Assembly (NCBI GenBank): GCA_013265495.1
Contig: MU057724.1
Span: 372,001 to 436,000 of the forward strand
Reading direction: 5' to 3'
DNA: 64,000 bases
Origin: Vicugna vicugna
Taxonomy: Eukaryota
Under the pieces are notes generated by a model. The model worked only from the letters and a program-made list of their open reading frames with translations. It ran no database searches and was not told the DNA's origin. Each line of letters opens with the position of its first letter. The first letter of the stretch is position 1. This document shows positions 58,200-64,000 of the stretch, piece after piece. The translations under genes and the position numbers were made by a program.

Positions 58200-59420
58200 G
58201 GTGCAGGGCGGAAAGAATGAAGGGTCTCCACCCAGCAGGAACTGCCCCTCGGTGTGCGTGACAAGGGCTCAGACCGTGAGAGCCGGGGGCGGCCGGACAG
58301 GGGGCGTAGGGGGCCGGGACGCGGCGGGCGGAGTTCGGTCAGCACCCACTCCGTCGGGACTGCGGGTCCCCGCGCCCCACCCCTGGGGCTGCAGTCCCGG
58401 GTGTCGCCCGGCTATCGGGGCGTCCCCGCCGGCAAGGCTACCCGCGCGGGGAGCTTCCCCCGGGGCGCAGAGATGCTCCCTCATTACTAGGAAATTCTTA
58501 CACTTTTTGAAAGAACTTTCTAGACTTAGACCGAGGTTCTAATCATGTTCCAATGTCACGCTGAAAAGAAAACACGCACTAGCTGGCGTAACCCTAGGGG
58601 CCCTTTACGCTTTCCGCGAACTCCTGGCTCCGATCCACACAGAGCGCGCCCCGCCCCGCCCCGCCCCCAGCTCCACACGCACGCGCGCCACCTCCGCGCC
58701 CGGGGAGGCCCGCGCGGCGTCCGCGCACCTGCCCGGACGCACGCCTATGACGTCACGCCGGCGCGGGCTCTCCCAGGCAGCTGCCCCTCACGCAGCGTTT
58801 CCGCCTCGCGCGTTAGCCCGCCGCTCCGGTGTGCGGCTCAAGTCAGCTTCCCCGAGCTCTTCCTTCAGCCTCTTACTCTGCATTAGCGGCTGCGTCTCGG
58901 GCAGCCGGAAGCCGCCGGGCGAGTCCGCGGCGACGCGCCGGAAGCCGCCGGCCGGAAGCTGCGGGGCGGGCGGTGGCGCTCCCGGAAGTGGCGCGAACGT
59001 CGCGTGCGTGCAGGCGGTGCGTCCGGCTGCAGGAGAAGATGGCCGTCTCCACAGGTCGGTTACCGGCCGGCCGCCTGCTTTCCCACCCCGACCCGCGCTG
59101 CGCCTCCGCCTGCCGCTGGCGGCCGGCCCGGCCGTGTGGGAGAAGCCAGAATCCTGCCTCTCCGCCGCCGGGCTCCCCGCGGAGCGCAGCGGGGAGCAGG
59201 GAGGATTCGCGTGGCCGTCGGGGCGGCGGTCGTGCCCGCCCGTCGGCCGCGCGCTCGGGGACCAGGCTGGGCCGGGGGCCGGCGGGCGGGGTCCCGCGGG
59301 CGGTGTGGGAGCGAGGAGAGGATCCCGGGCGGGCCGCGTCCACCTGGGTGCTGAAGGGCTCGCGTGGGGTCCTGAATGGAGCGGATCCCATCCCCCGACT
59401 CGCCTTGATGTGGACGGAGG
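58200..59420. promoter_or_regulatory. UBE2V2: UBE2V2 CpG-island promoter
   Basis: CpG-dense. CRE TGACGTCA 58748-58755, four CCGGAAG ETS sites (58905, 58938, 58952, 58982), GC boxes. Confidence 0.88.
59039..59054 (+). CDS. UBE2V2: Ubiquitin-conjugating enzyme E2 variant 2 (MMS2 homolog) exon 1 coding part, MAVST(G); remainder lies beyond the window
   Basis: ATG GCC GTC TCC ACA G|GTCGGT in a CpG island; MAVSTG start plus conserved synteny downstream of MCM4. Confidence 0.88.
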
Positions 59421-60909
59421 CGGACCGGACCATTCTTACCTGAGTGTGTCTTGTCTTTATTTGAGTCAAAAACTGCGGTGCAGAGTAAAAGCGCAGAGCG
59501 AGGTGGAAGCTAATTGAAGAAAAAGCGGCTTCTTAGATTAGCTGTTCAACTGCTGTGTCGTGCTGAACACAATTTCGGTTTCCTATGAATACAGACTTCA
59601 AGTATTAACACTGAGGTTTTAGGAATTTGACCGTTAAAAGGTTGTGAAGTTTGAAAGGCTGTTTTATAGCTTTAAAATGTTAATACATATGGTCTTTCAT
59701 TTATCCTTATTGTTTAAACCAGATTATAGAATAGTGCCATATTTCATGCCATCGTTGCATAATAAAACGAATTTTCAATTCTGTAGGCGCTAAAATGGAA
59801 GGCTTCAGGGTATATTGTTTGATACTTACAAGGTAATAACCATTCTACATCCATTTTAGTGAAAAATTCTGTCTTTTAGATTCGTTTTTCATTACTTACA
59901 GTTGTTGGAGTAAGATCTTGAACAGTTTTAGTGCTGGGGAAATATTTCGGTATACTTGACGTCAGAACCAATTAATAAAGCATGGATAATTTAAAGAGTG
60001 ACCTTTTAGTAATAAAATTTTAATTACTGACCCTGCTGTTTGAAATCGAATGTGCTTGTGAATGGGGCCATGTCTTTTAGAGTTGTGCTTAGTACCTACC
60101 TATAGGCTTTTGAAAATGTAGTGATGAAGTGGTATATTTTAATTTGATAATTTTCACTTTGTGGATTTCATTTTTTATTTAAACATGGTACCCCCCCTAA
60201 CATTGTACGTATAAGAGAGTGTAGAAATATTTTGAGAAGATTAGATTATGTTAATGGCAGATACTTTAACCACATACAGTCAGTCTTGGAATTTGAATAT
60301 AAACTATAAAAAGTTACTGATTATTAGTATATTTATTGTACATTGGAAGCTTGCATTTTGTAGTTTATATTTCAGATATCTAATTGTTACATTTACACTG
60401 ATTTTAGATTTATAAAATTTGATACCTTAGCACAGTTAAAAAATCTATTTTAGGCAGTTAATTGATGTTTTCTTAAACCACTGAGATTTGTTTTGAAACT
60501 GTTGCTAAAAATCCCCCTGGCCAATTTCATATCCCACTTACTCCTTTTGTGTAGTTTACATCATTGACAGTATTCTCCAACTGGGGAGAAAGGAGCGCAG
60601 AAGCAGTTTTGGACTATGTTTTGAAACTATTTTAAAATTATACTTTCTATTAGCTATACTTTTGTTTGCTTTTGGTACCATGGGAGGGAAAAAGTACCTG
60701 TGTAGTTGTGAAATTTTAAAGTAGGTGAGCTAGATAGATGTACTGTACATGTTTTCTATTTAATCTTGATAAATAATTGATAGGCCAAAAAGGAAAAACA
60801 CCTGGCAAATACTTTTTGATCTTTATTAAAACATCATTTTTTAATGTGCATTATCTTAAGTCACATGCTTTTACCCTTTTCACTGGAGGAAAAACTGGGG
60901 AGGGGGATT

Positions 60910-61090
60910 CTAATTAGACTGAGACTTCTGAGCTGAAACACACTCTGCCCTACCACCCAGTCCTCTTGTTTTGCAGATGAGAAAACTGAGGCCTGAGGAA
61001 ATACAAGGTTTTATGTAGTTGTCTAGTAGCAGAGTCAAGATCAGAATCCAAGTTTTTTTTTCTTTTACTCAGTCTAGTGCTTTTTCCATC
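60910..61090 (-). mobile_element. MIR fragment
   Basis: ttttgcagatgagaaaactgaggcctgagg...gtagcagagtcaagatcagaatccaag. Confidence 0.75.
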
Positions 61091-61439
61091 ATGAGGAACT
61101 ATGATTTTTGAAATAATCCTGAATTTAGGAATTTTACTCCTTTTTAGGCTTGAGAGTGGCTTTCATACTTTGCTTCCCAGCAGAAACCTTGTTTCAGACT
61201 CTTAAATGGTTCATGGTTGAAAGCAGGGCTGTGGTGGAGACCCCACTGGCTAAGTTCCCCTTTCCCAAGAGACAGTCACCTGTGGGGCAAGATGGTTTCA
61301 CATGACACAGCTTAAGAAACATTACTCTAGGGAATAGAAATTTATTAGTATATTTAGTACTTGTGATTCAAAAATTTGATTCTATCCCAGCACTAACACA
61401 AGAATTAATGTTAAATAAAAAAGTATGTGCAGTACTTAA

Positions 61440-61680
61440 ATTTTTAATTTTCGAACAGTTCTAGATTTACAGAAAGACCGTGAAGGTAGTGCAGAGAGTT
61501 CTCATGCACTCCCTTCAATTCCCGGTTGTTCACATCTGACATTAGTATGGGGCATTCGTCAGAATTAATGAGCCAGTCTTGACACATTTATCATTAACTA
61601 AATGTGTTCAGGGTTCTTTAGTTTTTGCCTCATGTCCACTTTCCGTCCCAAGATCGGATCGCATCCAGGATATACTGTAA
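61440..61680 (-). mobile_element. old L1M 3' end fragment
   Basis: ttttcgaacagttctagatttacagaaagac...gtagtgcagagagttctcatg. Confidence 0.6.
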
Positions 61681-61773
61681 TGTGAAACATTAAAAAATTT
61701 TTCTTACCACTTAGTTATACTACTGTTACAGTGGAGGTCTCGTTTCTGAATGCAGGTGATTGTAAAATGTCTT

Positions 61774-61929
61774 TTTGTTGTTGTTGCCTCTTTTTTTTTG
61801 TTAGTTTTATTGGGGGGAGGTAGTTAGATTTTTTAAGTTTACTTATACTTGGAGGAAGTGCTGGGGATTGAACCCAGGAACTCGTGCATGCTAAGCATGA
61901 GCTCTACCACTGAGCTATACCCTCCCCTA
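61774..61929 (-). mobile_element. tRNA-Ala-derived SINE (vic-1-like), full length
   Basis: Minus strand ggggagggtatagctcagtggtagagctcatgcttagcatgcacgagttcctgggttcaatccccagc (A/B boxes), A-rich tail, TSD TAAAATGTCTT at 61763-61773 and 61930-61940. Confidence 0.9.
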
Positions 61930-64000
61930 TAAAATGTCTTCTAAGTTATGAAGGGCTCAGAAAAAAAATGGAGTATTTTTTTCTTTGATGGTAGGTCTAT
62001 GTAAGGCATCTGGGTTGAAAACGAAACCAAAATAAAACCTAATTACCTTTTTCAGCAGTGGTCAGTATTATGTGTCCTGGAACAGGAACTTGGTTAGCAG
62101 TGTTTTAGTTCCTCTGCTGCCTAGGAGGTTACTGTGCCATGCTCGGTGTGCCTCCAGGTCTTCTGAGCCTTACTTACCCATCCTCTCTGTGGGAAGTTCG
62201 GGCAGTAGGATTTTGCTTGTTTTCTCCGTCTGCAGGATGGAGCTGTGTGGATGTGGGCAGACCTTGGGAGTAGCAGCAGAAGAGGTTTGCCACTCGTGTT
62301 CTGACTGATGGTTCCGATGACCAGGTGAAGGCTATTTTACATGATGAACACGTGACAGAGGGTTGGGGTCCAAACCCTGCCTTGCCAGGTGGGAGGTTTA
62401 ACCTCACATTAACGGTTATGCAGCCAGATAGCAGGCATGCTTCAAGCAGCATATTCTTTGTAAGTACCGTAAGTAGGCCATAGACTTTTCAGCCTAGTCA
62501 CGGAATGCTACTGAAAAGTACAAGCAGTGCAGAGCTTGGTGTACTGTCTGTCATTCATGCTGTTGTCAGCTGCCGCCTGGATTATCAGTTGTGGTTTACT
62601 AAACACGGTTGCTGTAAGTGACTGTTACCTGAGAGGATATAGTTAAGTTATTGAAAACTTTTTCATTTTGTAGAATGTTTACGCTACCAGAGGCGACCTG
62701 GAGGGATGTTTACATTGTCTCCAGTTGCAGCTCCCGGAGGCATAGGAGAGCCTCACACACTCCAGTGAGTGGGTGGGTGAGTGGTCTCCGTCAGAGGAAG
62801 ACCTCACATCTTCCCCGGGGTCCTCACTTCCCTCGGAAATCCGTGCTAGAGAAGAGCCAGAGGCTGCTGTAGTTGACTGACTTTCTTCCACTCCCTGGTT
62901 TATTCTAAGGGAAACATTCCTTCTTAGTTCTGAAGTAGACGTTGTTAGCAGCTTTCCTGGAGAATTTAAGTAACTTGTGTGTTCCCCCTGGTTTGTCTGT
63001 CTCGTTGGGGTATCTGTAAGGTGTCCAGCAGGTTCTTTGGTGACAGCTTGTTGCATTTGAATGCACCTCCCTACATGGTTCTCTTCTCACCCCCCCACCC
63101 GCCGCCACTGCCCAGATGAAGGGGTATGTTCATGTCAGCAGCACCTGCTCAGGACGGGCCTGTAAATATTGACAGAGGCTGAAAGTAAGCATCTCCGTAA
63201 AGTCCCACGTATTTACTGAGTGCCTCTTGTGGTGCCATCATTTCTTACGGTACGGTTTCCATGTAAGTGAGTTAATAATAAGGAAACAGATGAGTTAAGT
63301 CAAATCTAGCTTTCCCCCTTTGTATATTACAATGTTCCACTCATAATTTTTCCTTTTAGTTTACTTTTCTGAAGTGAAACAGGACTAAAGGAGTATTTTG
63401 TGTTCAGATACGTTCATTGAATAAACTCAGGAAGTGGCCTGTGTTCTCCTTGTCCGAGTTGGTGCATGCACCGCCCGTCGACTGTAAGAATAGTTGCCGA
63501 GTGTGGGGGAGTGGCTGGGCAGGGTGGCTTTGGCTGTAACCTGGAGTCCCAGGAGCACAACTCGCAGTCTGCTGTAGTGATGCCTCCAAAACACGGGATG
63601 AAGTACTGTGCAATCCTCTAACCCAAAGGTTGTTCTACTTCAGAAGGCATAGCACACATGCTTCAGCTATACAGCATTTAACTTGAGATTTTTCTTCAGG
63701 TTTATCTTTTCTACCATATTTCATCAATTCTAAAACATTTTAGTGTCTGAAATGAATTTGTGTCCTATAGTTTAATTGGCAGTGTTTTTAAAGTTTTTAA
63801 AATTATGATTAAAAAAGAAAATTAAAAAATTCATCATATAGTTGATGCCATCTAAGATTTGATGAAAAGCAATATTTAAAAATTATTAAAAAGCTGTCAG
63901 TGAGGTGAGTATATACCAGATTTTAAAATACTGGGTTTTACAAACATATTAACATGTCTTCTCGTTTATTAATTGAATATTAAGCAATTTGTTATAAATT

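Noticed and set aside
61860..61929. tRNA-Ala(AGC)-like sequence
   Set aside because: Has an A-rich tail, TSDs and related copies, so it is a SINE head rather than a tRNA gene.

Overview
This is mammalian genomic DNA, not prokaryotic. It is probably camelid, judged from three tRNA-Ala-derived vic-1-like SINEs. It covers the conserved PRKDC-MCM4-UBE2V2 neighbourhood. PRKDC (DNA-PKcs) exons 1-28 lie on the minus strand (ATG at 37479, 3364 nt of CDS in the window, and the gene continues off the left edge). A ~0.9-kb CpG-island bidirectional promoter separates it from the complete MCM4 gene on the plus strand (16 coding exons, 38378-49125, predicted 835 aa). The CpG island and first coding exon of UBE2V2 follow (59039-59054). 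Introns and intergenic DNA hold L1, MLT1, MIR, L2, hAT and SINE remnants, and there is one 47-N gap. The most unusual object is a TSD-bounded chimeric retro-insertion between MCM4 and UBE2V2 (51870-53390, minus). It joins the 5' part of a spliced PMS1 mRNA directly to an L1 3' segment and carries an extra 171-nt stop-rich segment exactly at a PMS1 exon junction (a candidate fossil poison exon). Also notable are a shortened MCM4 N-terminal phospho-regulatory tail and a cluster of AT-to-GC-type amino-acid changes in the MCM4 ATPase exon. Comparisons with human sequences and repeat consensi come from recall, not alignment, and should be verified.
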